Source: Psammoneis japonica
Taxonomy: Eukaryota
Reading direction: 5' to 3'
NCBI GenBank assembly: GCA_008632985.1
Contig: QPGO01000084.1
Span: forward strand, 1-64,000
Length of the DNA: 64,000 nucleotides
Shown here: piece after piece, positions 51,279 to 62,809 of the stretch
Position numbering within the stretch: position 1 is the first letter of the stretch
Layout: the number at the start of each line of letters is the position of its first letter
Notes under the pieces: model-generated
The model's input: the letters and a program-made list of their open reading frames with translations, nothing else
What the model was told of the DNA's origin: nothing
Database searches by the model: none
Translations under genes and position numbers: made by a program

Positions 51279-51845
51279 ATGACAAATACGAACTGCCTAT
51301 TGCTGTTACTAGCTTTGCGGTGTTTGCCTCTAACAGTTGGCTACAAATACCAGTACTATCCTCCTCACTGCACTGTAAGGTTCTATGAGGGAAGCCAGTG
51401 CGTCGAGTGGAATGCAATGGGAGAAAGCACGCAAAGAGTGTATGGAGAGCACTATGCTTTATTGTGTGGCAAGGATACCAAGTGTGTGTCGGAAGAAACT
51501 GTGGAGTGTTGTATCCAGGCCGACGCATTGCGTGACTCGGATGATATTCCCGGGGAATCCTTGCTAATGCCGGTACCCGAAAATGCCAGGAAAGCGCATG
51601 TCAGCTGCGAAATGGGACCGCGAAAGTGCCAACAAGCAAGCAAGAGCAACTCATCATCAAGTAGGCTTCAGCAGACACTTCCAGTTTTTTTACCGGTCAC
51701 CGTTGCTATTGTTGCCTTTTTGGCATTCGTCCTGGGATCTTGGTTGATGAGGAAACTACAGCAAAGGGTCGGCGATGACAGTGGAGATACGGTCAAGATG
51801 AACGAAGACGATTTGTCTAGGGATACCTCTGAAGAAAATATTTAA
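51279..51845 (+). CDS. Small type-I membrane protein of unknown function
   Basis: Signal peptide, Cys-rich ectodomain, TM helix (VTVAIVAFLAFVLGSWLM), acidic tail. Confidence 0.7.
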   Translation: MTNTNCLLLLLALRCLPLTVGYKYQYYPPHCTVRFYEGSQCVEWNAMGESTQRVYGEHYALLCGKDTKCVSEETVECCIQADALRDSDDIPGESLLMPVPENARKAHVSCEMGPRKCQQASKSNSSSSRLQQTLPVFLPVTVAIVAFLAFVLGSWLMRKLQQRVGDDSGDTVKMNEDDLSRDTSEENI

Positions 51846-52631
51846 AAGCTCGGTGGCTTTTGCTGACGACGATTTTGCCTCGTTAATACGATAATTCGTA
51901 GCAACATATATCTCTATTAAGCTTCGAACGTCACCGAGAGAATTGTTTTGAGTCTAGCCCTAGAGAGAGCTGGCTTGCCTCATCCCAAAATGCCAGATCG
52001 TCCCCCATTCCTTAACTTTTTCTTCGGACATCTCTTCCTTCGAATCACATTGTCAGATCAGTCCTCGTTTTCTTAAATTCAATTTGCCTTGTATCGCTAC
52101 GAGTTCCAATTCACTGAGTATGTATGTCTTCGCATCCAGGTACTATAGTGTTTTCACCCTCTGCTCTTTTGTAGAAGAACCTACCAGCACCGGCAGCTGG
52201 TACTAGAGTAGGCTGCATTTCACACGAGTGCACCCCGGAATACAGTACTGGCCATACGAATCGTCACTCACTTTCGGAGAGTACATCATGGCTCCGTTGG
52301 TACATGCCACAAGTTTTCCTTCCAGTAAGACTTGGACTCTCTTGGAGCACTGTAAATCAAGTGGAGACAGAGAGTTTGAGGAACCGATGTGATGCTAGTT
52401 TGCAACTTTTTCATAAAACGCCCGTAATAAACAGTTGCGCTTGATCAAACGGGGAATAATATGCATCTCTTGTTTATATAAAACTTATTCCTCTAAAACA
52501 TATCATTGTACTAAATCGCTTGACATGACTATTGACCCAGCAAAATTGCCATCTAACAACACTGAAGAAAAAATGGTTGTAGCTGTTGTTCTCGAATGAT
52601 GACAGGACTAGCTCACTCCCATTATATGCTT

Positions 52632-53720
52632 TTAAGCATGACGGAGCTGCTGGTTGTTTGCAGCGTGCTCGTCATCGACAAGCTCCCGAGATCCGTGGGC
52701 GTATAGATCATCGTTCATGTTGTCGGCCTGGGCCCTCATGTCCTTGCACATCTTGTCAAAGCTCGAGGCGGAAATGAGGTGGCACTTGCGGTCCACCTGC
52801 CAGGTAATGGGAGTAAAGGGAGAGCAGATTTCATTGTTACGGGCGGTACCGGTAGTGGAGCCAGTGTACTTGGCAATGTCGGTTCCCATTTCACCATCGA
52901 CAATCATACCGCGGAAGAGGTCTGGGTAGTAGTAGTCTTCGTCGTTGACAACGGTAAATACTTGGGACTGGACACCAATCTGCTGAGCAGTGTTGGTGAT
53001 GACGTCGTCACGGCAGAAAACACCGTCATAAAAGGGAGTCTGGTACTGGAAGGGGGTACCGCAGGCACCGGCAGCAGAGTGTGGCCAGTGAACTTCGTAG
53101 GTTTGGCCAACCATCATTCCGATGCAGTGCTGCCAGTTGAAGGGAGTGTTGAACTTGGGGTCGTTCTCGTCGTAGTATCTGCACTGGAATCCCTGACGGC
53201 CTTCGTGGAAATCGAGGGGACCGGTACCAATCTCGTCAAACTCGCCAGCGGAGTAGTGCTCGGCCCCAAGATGCCAGTGAACATTGACAGGGCACAGGCC
53301 GGCTTCGAAGTAGGAGGTAGTGATGGGTTCGGCGTCGGTCTCGCGGTCGCCATTGTATCCCTTCGTGACGTTGGCCCCGGATTGTTCTCCGGTTTGGGTC
53401 ATCTCGTCAATGATACAGGCAACATTGGGAAGATCGGGACGCTTGCCCTGGCACGGGTTGGGTCCTTGAACTGTAGAGACCTCAACCTCCTTGTTCTTGC
53501 TCTTCTCGTTGTCGCGGTCGACAGCGAGGTAGATGGTGGAGATGAGGAGACCGATGACACATGCTCCCAAAAATGCCATGAGAAGCTTCATGCGCTTGAG
53601 AGCAACGTTGGGCATGACAGTGACGCCGGAAGAAGCGCGGCTGCTGGCAGCGGTGGCATCATCTTGGGGAGTCTTATCGACGGGAGCTCCGGATTCAATT
53701 TCCGTGGTTTCCTTGCACAT
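52632..53720 (-). CDS. Delta-class carbonic anhydrase, membrane-anchored
   Basis: CPVNVHWHLGAEH, TYEVHWPHSAAG, YQTPFYDGVFC, GSTTG and WQVDRKCH motifs; N-terminal TM helix; strong codon bias. Confidence 0.93.
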   Translation of the reverse strand: MCKETTEIESGAPVDKTPQDDATAASSRASSGVTVMPNVALKRMKLLMAFLGACVIGLLISTIYLAVDRDNEKSKNKEVEVSTVQGPNPCQGKRPDLPNVACIIDEMTQTGEQSGANVTKGYNGDRETDAEPITTSYFEAGLCPVNVHWHLGAEHYSAGEFDEIGTGPLDFHEGRQGFQCRYYDENDPKFNTPFNWQHCIGMMVGQTYEVHWPHSAAGACGTPFQYQTPFYDGVFCRDDVITNTAQQIGVQSQVFTVVNDEDYYYPDLFRGMIVDGEMGTDIAKYTGSTTGTARNNEICSPFTPITWQVDRKCHLISASSFDKMCKDMRAQADNMNDDLYAHGSRELVDDEHAANNQQLRHA

Positions 53721-53897
53721 GTTGTTGCTCTTTACAAAGAGTTGAAACAAAAAATTGTGAGAAGTGCGATCGGTTTTTCTGCTGTCGCTGTGTTGGCTGT
53801 GGTGAGAAAGGTGACACGTGACAAAAAGGATTCGCTTGAAGATTGAATGCCGTGCCACATCAGTGTGAACGCACCAATCAGAATGGACGATCGCTCA

Positions 53898-54255
53898 ACG
53901 TCAACAAACAATATGGTATCAAAAATGAAGCATGACGTTTCGTCGAATGATTTATTTAACATATGAACGTCATAATTACGTCTTCGACGCTGTAATATTT
54001 AACGAAAATTCGTGACGTGTCTGGAATGTGACGTTGATCGCTGGTGTGAACTTTGTACCGTAGGCGCGAATACTGTACAATATCCGTCCAGCCAGCTGCT
54101 TCTCGATGATGCAGTGGGCGAAGCTGCCAGATGCGACGCAATGATCACGTCTGAATGCTTAAGTGCAGTTGCGTCGAAATGACGTTCGATACGAATCATG
54201 TTAAGTGCATCTTCCGTCACAAATCCGACACGTAAGATCGACGCAAACCTGACGT
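53898..54255. promoter_or_regulatory. Cluster of seven TGACGT/ACGTCA (CCRE-like) motifs upstream of delta-CA
   Basis: Motifs at 53898, 53933, 53967, 54013, 54029, 54180 and 54250. Confidence 0.7.
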
Positions 54256-54329
54256 TGGCTGCTTCCGCTCCCCCCCCCCCCCGCACAAATGATGCACGGT
54301 CGTGGAGCTGCTTCTCTCAAGTAAAAAAA

Positions 54330-57300
54330 AAAAATGGGTGTGCTTCTCTGTCAACGCTCCTGAAAAGTTGCCTCTCTGCTTGGACAAAGAAAAAAAGAAG
54401 CGGGGCCCTGGTCTCTCTCCTGGTCTGGTGGCACTTTTTCTGCGCGTGCTTCTTTCTTGTGATGCTGTGCTGTGTGCCAGCTGCACCTGTGGCCTGACAA
54501 GGGTGTGTCTGCGCGCGTCAATGAAAGTCAATGAAAAAAATGCTTTTTGAGATTTGGTTGCAAAACCAGCTCCTCCAAAAACAAGGGGAGCTGCCCTGAG
54601 TTCCTTGCATGATCTCATCTTTCTTCTCTCCTTGACAGAGAGCACCCTTCTCCAAATGACCACACAAGGGAAATGTGGGTGCCAGCCAAAACCAAGAGGC
54701 ACAGCTCAGCTCAATTGTGAAGTTGGAAAAGCTCACATTGCAAAGATGTGCAGGTGCAGAGCTTGCAGCTGTGTTGCTGTGGAGAGAAGAGAGAGAGAGA
54801 GAAAGAGGAAAAAATGGGCAGAAAAGTTTGTGGCAGCTGCCTCGGCCAGCCATTTGGTTTTTCCTCAAATGAGAGGGCTTGATGGGATGCTCCAAAAGGG
54901 CACATTGGTGCTGCAAGAGCTGAGAGCATGATGCACCCATGAAAACAGCTGCAGGCATTGGCAAAAACTGCAAAGATCCAGGCGAGCTGCTTGAGTCATG
55001 CCCAGAGCAAGCAATGTGACGTGTGATGCTGGCTGGGGTGCAGCAGGCATCTGGGCTTGTTGTGCTGAGATGCAAGCTTGCAATTGCTCAACTTGCTTCA
55101 ACCAATGCTTGCTCAACATTTTGCAGCAGCTGTCTGATGACCCTGGTGACTGGCAACTCTGCCATCAGCAACTTTGTGTTGAGACTGAGTGCTCTTTTGT
55201 CAACATTGTGAAAAAGTGGGTGTCACGCAGTCAGCGCAGCAGTGCAGTTTTTGTCATTCATGCACATGAAAATTTGAGCAGGTTCTGGCGCCACAACAAA
55301 TGCATTGGTGGGGTTCTTTGGTCATCTTCTTGTTGGCATGGTGTCAGCAGTGTCTGAAGACAGGCAGCAAGCACTTTGTCTTGATGGGCAGAGCCTGGCT
55401 GGATCACCCAGCATCTGCAAAGGGACAGATCAGAATGGTCCTCCCACTGGGGATGCCTGGAGCTGATCTGAAACAAAGGGGCACAAGATCCCCCAAGGCA
55501 ACAATGGGCCACCTGGGCCATTGCAACACTCATTCTCGAGTTGACACAGCCACATGCTCAAGAGCGTGGTTTTTGCCCCTTGTTGGCTGGCCACAATGAA
55601 GGGAGCAGAATGACAACATTGCTCAAGGCTCAAGGCTCAAGGCAGGGCTTGAAATCCTTGTTCTTTGTCTTGTGGCTTGATCTTGACAATGGCTGCCCTT
55701 GAGCTTGTTGAAGAAGAAGCATCTCTGTGTTCTTGCCTGGGGATCCATGTCATCAGAGTTGTCTGGTCTTCCTGAGATGCAACTGACAGGGTTGATGAGA
55801 GGTTTGTCAGGCACACAAGAAGGCTTGCAAGACTTTTCAATGGGGTCACCTGGGTTGCCACACATTTTATCATGTTGTGAGAAGACTGGGCCACTCTCCT
55901 TGCACTGAAGGGCATGGTGTGGCTGATGGAGACACCACAGCCATGTCCATCTCACAATGTTTGGGGAGGTCTTCAGGTGGAGTGCAGCTGCGCTGCAAAT
56001 GGAGCACACCATGGAACTCTTGGCATGAGAGTTCTGTGCCATTCAGCATCAATGGGTGTGCTGACAGCCATGCTCCAGTTTTGGCATGGTGCTGACATGC
56101 ACTTGTGGCTTCATTTTTACAACCATGTGTGAGTGTTTGAAAAGTGCGCATGATGTGATTCACAGAATTCTCCAACAATGCATGAAGACCTCGGGCAATG
56201 ACAATGTTGTTTGCAGTCTTCAGGAAAGGAAAAATCTGAGTGCACACTGATGGATGTTGACTTTGCACAGGTCAACTCACATGATTGAAATTCACAACCT
56301 GTGTGGTGACCAGTGCCCACATGACACACATTGATGCCTTCAGTGCTCTCTGGACTCCAAGCCAGCAAGGAGCAGAGAGAACCTCCCACAGTGGTTTTGA
56401 CATGCATTTCAGGGCAAACTTTTAAAATGTGCTCATCACCCATCTCTCCTTCCTCACTGACTGGGGCCTTGCGGTGCAGTGCAGAGTTGCATGATGGCAC
56501 CAGAGGGAGTGGAGAGAGAATGGAAATGGTTGCAGCACTGCCATTGATGCACCTCATTGTGTCCTGGCAGCAACCTGTGTGCAAATGGTGCATCAATGTG
56601 CTGGTTCTTCTGATCAAATGAAAAAATGGAGACATCTTCTTAAAACAAAGAAAAGATGAAGAGAGTTGAAGTGCCACTTAGAAACAGCTTTTCCACAACA
56701 GTTCAAGGCACCTTTCAATGAATCTCACACAGAATTGACATGCTGGTTAAAAAAGAAAACTGGAAAGGAGCTTTGACAGATGCTGGATGGGAGTCCTGAG
56801 AAGGCACACCATGTCATGTGTTTGCCATTCACTCAAGGCATGCATCGCATTGAAGCAGACATGGATCATGCAATGGCACAGCAGCTCCCAGTTGCCCCAT
56901 CCTCCTTTGTGACTCCAGCCACCAGGTCAAGGAATGGAAGCTTGATTTTAAGTTTGCTGGTGAGAAGCACATTGAAAAGTTTGCTCCACTTGCCAAAAAG
57001 AAAAAGATGGCCACCATGTGTCCCATGGTTTGCTTCAGGAGGGGGAGAAGCAGCACACTCATTGAGGTTCCCTCTCTTGCCTTCTTCCTCACCCACATTG
57101 TGCATGTTGGCTTGTCAAAAGATCTGCAGGATGAAGAAAAAGATCATCATTGTGTGAAGTGATCTGTCCTTCAAGATGTCAGGAATGATCGCACCATGAC
57201 AATCAAGCCGAGTTTGCTGCCGACTGAGATTGACAAACTTGGTGCCAATGCAGACTGTTTTAAGTGGCAACAGCAATGATTTGTTTCTCAACAGGCTGAG

Positions 57301-58000
57301 CTGAAAGCCAAGGCATTGTTGCATGGTGACAAAAAGCATGAAAGTGGCTCATCTCCAGAAGGACAACTGTCACATTCTTTGCACACAGAATTCTGCACAG
57401 ACAAACTGGGTGGGCAAGACTCTGTCTGGCATTGTCAACCACATCAACAACAATGACATGAAAACATCTTGTGCAGAGCAAAAATGACACATTGCCTCCA
57501 CAACACCATGAACAACATCACACCTCATTTTTTCCTCAGTGTCAGCAGAACAAATCATTTTTGTGTGTGGTGGCAGGTGGTGTTTTCCATGATTGGAGGA
57601 GTCCAAAGTTCCCAACTCCTTTTTTGTGTGACACATCCAAACAATTTTTACACAGACAAACAGGCTTGCCGTTCTTGCACTGAAATTGCTGTGAGTTTGA
57701 GTCCCTGTGTGACTGTGGTCACATTCGGCACTGCACAGGTCCTGTGCAGATGCTTTGCGCAAAGCGTGCCACACATGTGCAATGGCCAGTTGTGCCCCAC
57801 ATCTTGGTTGCACGGAACTCCTGCAGCCTGTTGCAGGTCTCACAGAACCAGGAGCTATATTTTCCACTGTGTGCTTCTGTGGGATCAGCATCATCATGGA
57901 CAGCCTCCTGCACAGATGCAGGAAAGCCGCACCAACAATGGCGGGATGCAGCAGGCATTCCCTTTCACTCGTCCCTGTGAAGCATCGCGATTCGCTGATG
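54330..58000. other. TpA-depleted domain IV
   Basis: TA is nearly absent (survivors mostly TTTA/TTAA/TTAG) and the core is CpG-poor. Normal genes lie on both sides. Confidence 0.9.
55400..56110 (-). mobile_element. CRE-like non-LTR retrotransposon 3' fragment, copy 2 (more decayed)
   Basis: TGAWLSAHPLMLNGTELSCQEF, CKPSCVPDKPLINP, MSVAMAQVAHCCLGGS...QISSRHPQWED; homologous to 45.1-45.9 kb. Confidence 0.8.
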
Positions 58001-58354
58001 CATCTTGCTTGGAATTACTCTTTTTGGAAGAGTTCTTTTTCTTACCACTGGCTCCTCCAAAGAGGGCGTCGCGGTTGGCGGCGGCGTTTTGTTTATGGCT
58101 CATCGTGTTGCGTTTGTTGTGTTGTGTTTTTGTTGCGTCGTACATCGCGTGTTGTGTGTCGCGCAAGCAATGACCGATCTTTGATTCAATCGACTTAAAT
58201 CGTTTTAACGGATGGATTTTATCTAATTTATGTAGACGCTTATACTATATTTATCCACCTAACGCTTTTCCAACGGTTGGCGACCCGAGCTCACATTTTC
58301 ATCGCCAAGCTCACTCAAAAAAAATGTGCGAAACTCCCACCACAAAAATCAACC

Positions 58355-60080
58355 ATGATGATGAGTGACAACAACGTACCATGTACAAAGAAACGAAAAA
58401 TATCAAGACAGCAATCGTCCATTGTGGCTGTTCAAGACCATAGTACACTCGACACGATTCTTCAAGACTTGTCCATTCGCAACGACAACAAAAAACGTAT
58501 TGGTGTGCTCGAGATTCTATTGACGCAACTACAACGTCCGGGCGGCATACTACCAATTTCAACAGCACAATCCATTCAAAATGTGCTCTTGATACATTTG
58601 GGGTACTGCATATATACTACGACTGGAGACGAACAAGTCATCGATCTAGCTTGTCATTGTCTTGCGCAATTGTACGAGACTTCCAATTATCAACAACAAT
58701 ACATGGAATTGGACGAGTACAAGGAGGTGTTGCAGATATTGAGTCTAGTACTGAAAAGTCAACGATCCTATACTGTCCAACGGTATTGTTTACAAATTCC
58801 TTGGCTCTTGGCAAGACACGACCAATATCGACAAGAATTGGCCAAAACGACTAGCCTGCTCAAGTGTCTTGTGCGACTGCTGGTTGGTCGACAAGGACGA
58901 CAAGAACAAAAACAAATGACAACTATGGTACTGCAAATACTCGAGCCTTTGGCTCATTCAAGCAGAAACACAGCAACAACGATATACGCTGCCGCTTGTG
59001 TCATTGCGAAAACAATGCCGAAGATTCACAAGTACAGTTTCTTGGCTCAACAGCTACTCTGTGGCAAACAAGACGAAATCGATTGGAGCAACCTATTTGT
59101 CAATGCGCATTCAACCCGAGATTTGCTCTTCTTTGTGGAATGCCTCTGCTACTCAACCGAAATGGCGAGACGACTCGTCGGGTGCACACAACTTGTAAAT
59201 ACACTGCACACTCTTGCCACGAAGAATAGTCGTGCCGACATTGCAAGGGACGCCTCGACGTGTCTCACGGAAATGGCAAGGAATTGCAGTGTTGTTTGTC
59301 ACACGCTACTTTTGTTGAAAGCTCTTGTCGATATCATGTGCAGCTTCTCCGTACGACAGTACGCAATTGACGGATTGCTTGCATTGACGCGCGTCGGTGT
59401 CAAACCGCTCATGCAACACGTGCCGCCCGACAAGGTTGATGAACTACTCGAGTCTCTGGAGGAACTTGTGCTGGACAAGCAAAGCGATGTAAAAGAAAAT
59501 GCTACTATATGCTTGGAAGCGACACAGTTGGTTGCAAACATCTTTTTCTTCATGTGCAACAATGGGTTTTCTTCGCAACACATCATTCACGCGCTCGAAA
59601 GTCTGGCAGCCATGATGTTTTGCAACAATCAAGAGGTTGTTGCTGTGACTGTCCGTACTGTTTCAGAATATGTAGAGAACGAACAAGATTTTCTGCTACA
59701 AGAGCGAATCTGCAGTAACGAAATACTAGTGGCATTGAGTCACGTGGCATCCAACGAATTTTCAACACGAGAAACAAAGTTGCGGGTGGTGCAAACCTTT
59801 TGGTAGCTAGCACTGTCACGAGAGCTATTGACAATCTTGGTTCGCACACCCCATGGACAACATTGACCAAGTCCGCCGAAAAAACATTGACCAAGTCCGC
59901 CGGTTGGCTGTCAAGACCTTGATGTGTCTTTCTACCCCCGTATGCAATCAACGCGTCTTGGCGAAACAGACGGGTCTCTTGTCGTGTCTGATTCGATTCG
60001 TACGTTCCCTGCCTCAAGACGACGTGTTCGACAAAGACAAGCTCAAGGAACGGATATTGAAGCTAGCTGTGTTGTTGTAA
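58355..60080 (+). CDS. Armadillo/HEAT-like helical protein, disrupted near the C-terminus (possible pseudogene)
   Basis: Long Leu-rich ORF to a TAG at 59804-59806. A 20-bp duplication (59859/59883) follows, and the C-terminus NQRVLAKQTGLLSCLIRF is in another frame. Confidence 0.55.
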
Positions 60081-60243
60081 AAGGAATAGTTCATTACCTA
60101 AGACATGCATGGTAATTTGAGATGGGGGCATGATTTGAACTTGACACTACAGTAGCGCTATAACAAATGTTGGTTCTTGATGCAACATACGTCTCCCAAT
60201 ACACTCTCCCCTATTTCAAGTACTAAATGAGCTCCCGCCCTCA

Positions 60244-62399
60244 TCAATCGTCGGTCTTGTACGCCTGCATGTAGTACAAATTGTCCAGATCGAACTTATC
60301 CATGGTGGCGTTCAAATACTCACGAGACTTCTTCTCGAGATTCCAGGCGTCCGAGAGTCGTCCTGGTACCCCGTTGGGAGGGTTTTCTTTGTTTTCAATT
60401 TCTTCCCGGACTTGATCACGGCAATGCCTGGCCAGCGGGAATTCAAAATCCATGAAGTTGTCAAACCACCACATGGAAGCCGTGACATCGCCGTCGAGGT
60501 TGTAATCAGAAGGGACAATCACTGCAACGTCGTCCATCCCGTCATAGCCTCCGGTTCTCCCATGGATAACCTGCTCTGTGACATCCGTACAACTGTCTTG
60601 CTCACCTCTTAAAGAGTCAATGTTACGAATGCCATCGGATGAGCGATTGCGCGAGCGCTCAATTTCAAACGATACTTTCAACAGCCTCGCCAATCCCTTG
60701 AGATTACAAAGATCCGAGCGGCGGATTCGGTCGTAGTTGATGCGCGTCTGATCCAGAGTCCTGGAACAGCAACAGCAAAACCACGATAAGCGTACTTGGC
60801 CAAGCGCAGCTCATGGGAAGGTTTGTTTGGCCACGCATGGAGTGGGTTCAAGATATTGACGCCGTGTTGAACAGCATGGAGCCATCTTGGGGTCACCCAT
60901 ACGGATGTTCCGTCGTATAGGCAGCAGCAACAGTCGCAATCAAAACCCAGAAGGACCTCGGCAGGAGACTGATACAGCCGAAGAACGATTTGAAGCGTCT
61001 GCATTTTCCTGCTATGCACCCAGTCATGGATGGTGATAACTCCACGACTTCGTACAGTCACCTACGCTTCATTGTCCCCCGTCAATGCGTACCAGATGCG
61101 TCGCGCAATTCGATTGGCCTCTTCCACGTTGCTGCAGTGTAGGAACATGTCAATGTCACTTTTGTTGCCCCACCAATTGGCCGTGCAAATGCCAGAACTG
61201 GAGGTGAGACCACGAAGCACCGCTCCACCAGCAATCACGACAGGCTCCTCACGAAGCACTTCCGATAGCCTATGGAGCATATTTGGATGCTCACGATTGA
61301 AGTTTGTCTCAAACTTGCTGAGTTCTCCTACCGTGACTGGTGTGTTGTCCGTTGCTTCGTCCATGCGAAGGTTTTTCATGAGCAAGCAGTGAATTTCACT
61401 CGAATGGCTTTCTGGTTGATAGGTCAACGGCAGGGATGGAGGTCCGTCATCTGGACAAAAGAGAGGAATTAGTCCCCTATGAGGATCAAAAACGGCAGCT
61501 GATCCAGCTGCAAAGGCCTCACGAAGTACATCCTCCTCCTTGCGAATCTTGATAGTCTCCTCGTCGAGGAAATCGTCGATATCAATCTTGGGGCAGGTGA
61601 TTGCTCGGACAAGCTCGTCAAGACCATAGAAATCAGCTTCAACGACAAGAGCCTCTCGGGCCGCGGCTTCTTTCGGGAGAGTCACTACAGTTCCGACGCG
61701 GAGAAAGTTGAGGATGTGCGGAAAGTGCGTACCGTCGCGACAAATAAAGTAGGCGCCTTCCTTGTCTTTGCAGGCCGGGTTGAGGTGCCGTCCAGAAACT
61801 AGACTCTCCAAAAACGACCCTGGAAATCTTGAAAGCGTGTCACGAGAAGCGGTAAATTTGTTGCCTCCAACGTTGAGAGCAACGACAGAGTCAAGCTCCA
61901 TTATCGATTTAACGTTCTTGTCGTCCGATACACAAGCCGATGGTGCTTGTTCAGCCTTGACAAACTTGACCAGATCCCGATAGCGGCTAAATCCGTCAAT
62001 CGACCCACCGTTTCGAATAAAGTCAATCACGTGAAGGAGTTTTCGTACAGAAACGGGAGAAATCGATGAGAGACGCTCGAAATCTTTCTCTTCCAAAAGT
62101 CCAAGATCATCGACCGTCTCAACCCCGAGCTCTGAAAACAGAATCGAGAGCTCCGCAGCGTCAGTAGATTCAAAACGAATTCCAAGAAAAGAAAACAGAT
62201 TCATGAATGGAGTGGATTCGGTAGGAGACGACTCCGGCGTTGAGTCCGAGCTATCGTTCTCCTCAAACTGATGACGATTCGCATCGGAATACTTGGAGGT
62301 GGGAGTCACAAGAGCGGCAGTCATATTTCCCTCTCTGCTTTCTTCCGTGGGAGCGGTCAAGGATGGTGCTGAGACGTTCGTTGGGATTGGAGTAGTCAT
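60244..62399 (-). pseudogene. SAM-like + KCTD-type BTB/POZ + nucleotidyltransferase-like protein with an internal stop and a frameshift
   Basis: LNVGG..FTASRDTL..FICRDGTHF..ILNFLR..EADFYGL; IAGGAVL..SDIDMFL; LQIVLRLY.SPAEVLLGFD.DC; RLAKYA.RGF. In-frame TAG at 61062-61064 and a frameshift near 60750. Confidence 0.75.
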
Positions 62400-62809
62400 T
62401 ATGATTCGACAGCGCGTCCGCAGTACGCTATCAACAAAGCCGAAACAAGCAAGACGCAACTCGAAAGTGTAAGTATAAGAGAACTAACATCTCAAGTCAC
62501 TATTGAATCAAGTCTTACATTTACCAATCGATAGCTACAGAGAGGGAACCTATGGTATTGTTGCGTCGCGTTGGAGTTTTGATGCAACACAGAAATGACA
62601 ACAACAACACTCAACACGCTCTACAGTACAGTACCTATCTGCGGCGGGCGGCGGCTCGTCGTGTTGCGTGTGCGCGCCATATTTTGGGCGCCGTAGAACC
62701 GTATGTACTGTCGCACCATAGAGTTGGAACACAGTCGCCAACGACGGATAGAGCATGATGCTTCCTCTACCACTCTCTCTGCTCTAGCTGCTTCCTCCGG
62801 TGAGCGATA

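Noticed and set aside
52779..53846. 355-aa plus-strand ORF
   Set aside because: It is the antisense shadow of the codon-biased delta-CA gene.
57700..58170. Minus-strand protein-like fragment (SHKQNAAANRDALFGGA...) at the edge of domain IV
   Set aside because: Too short and broken to assign a product.
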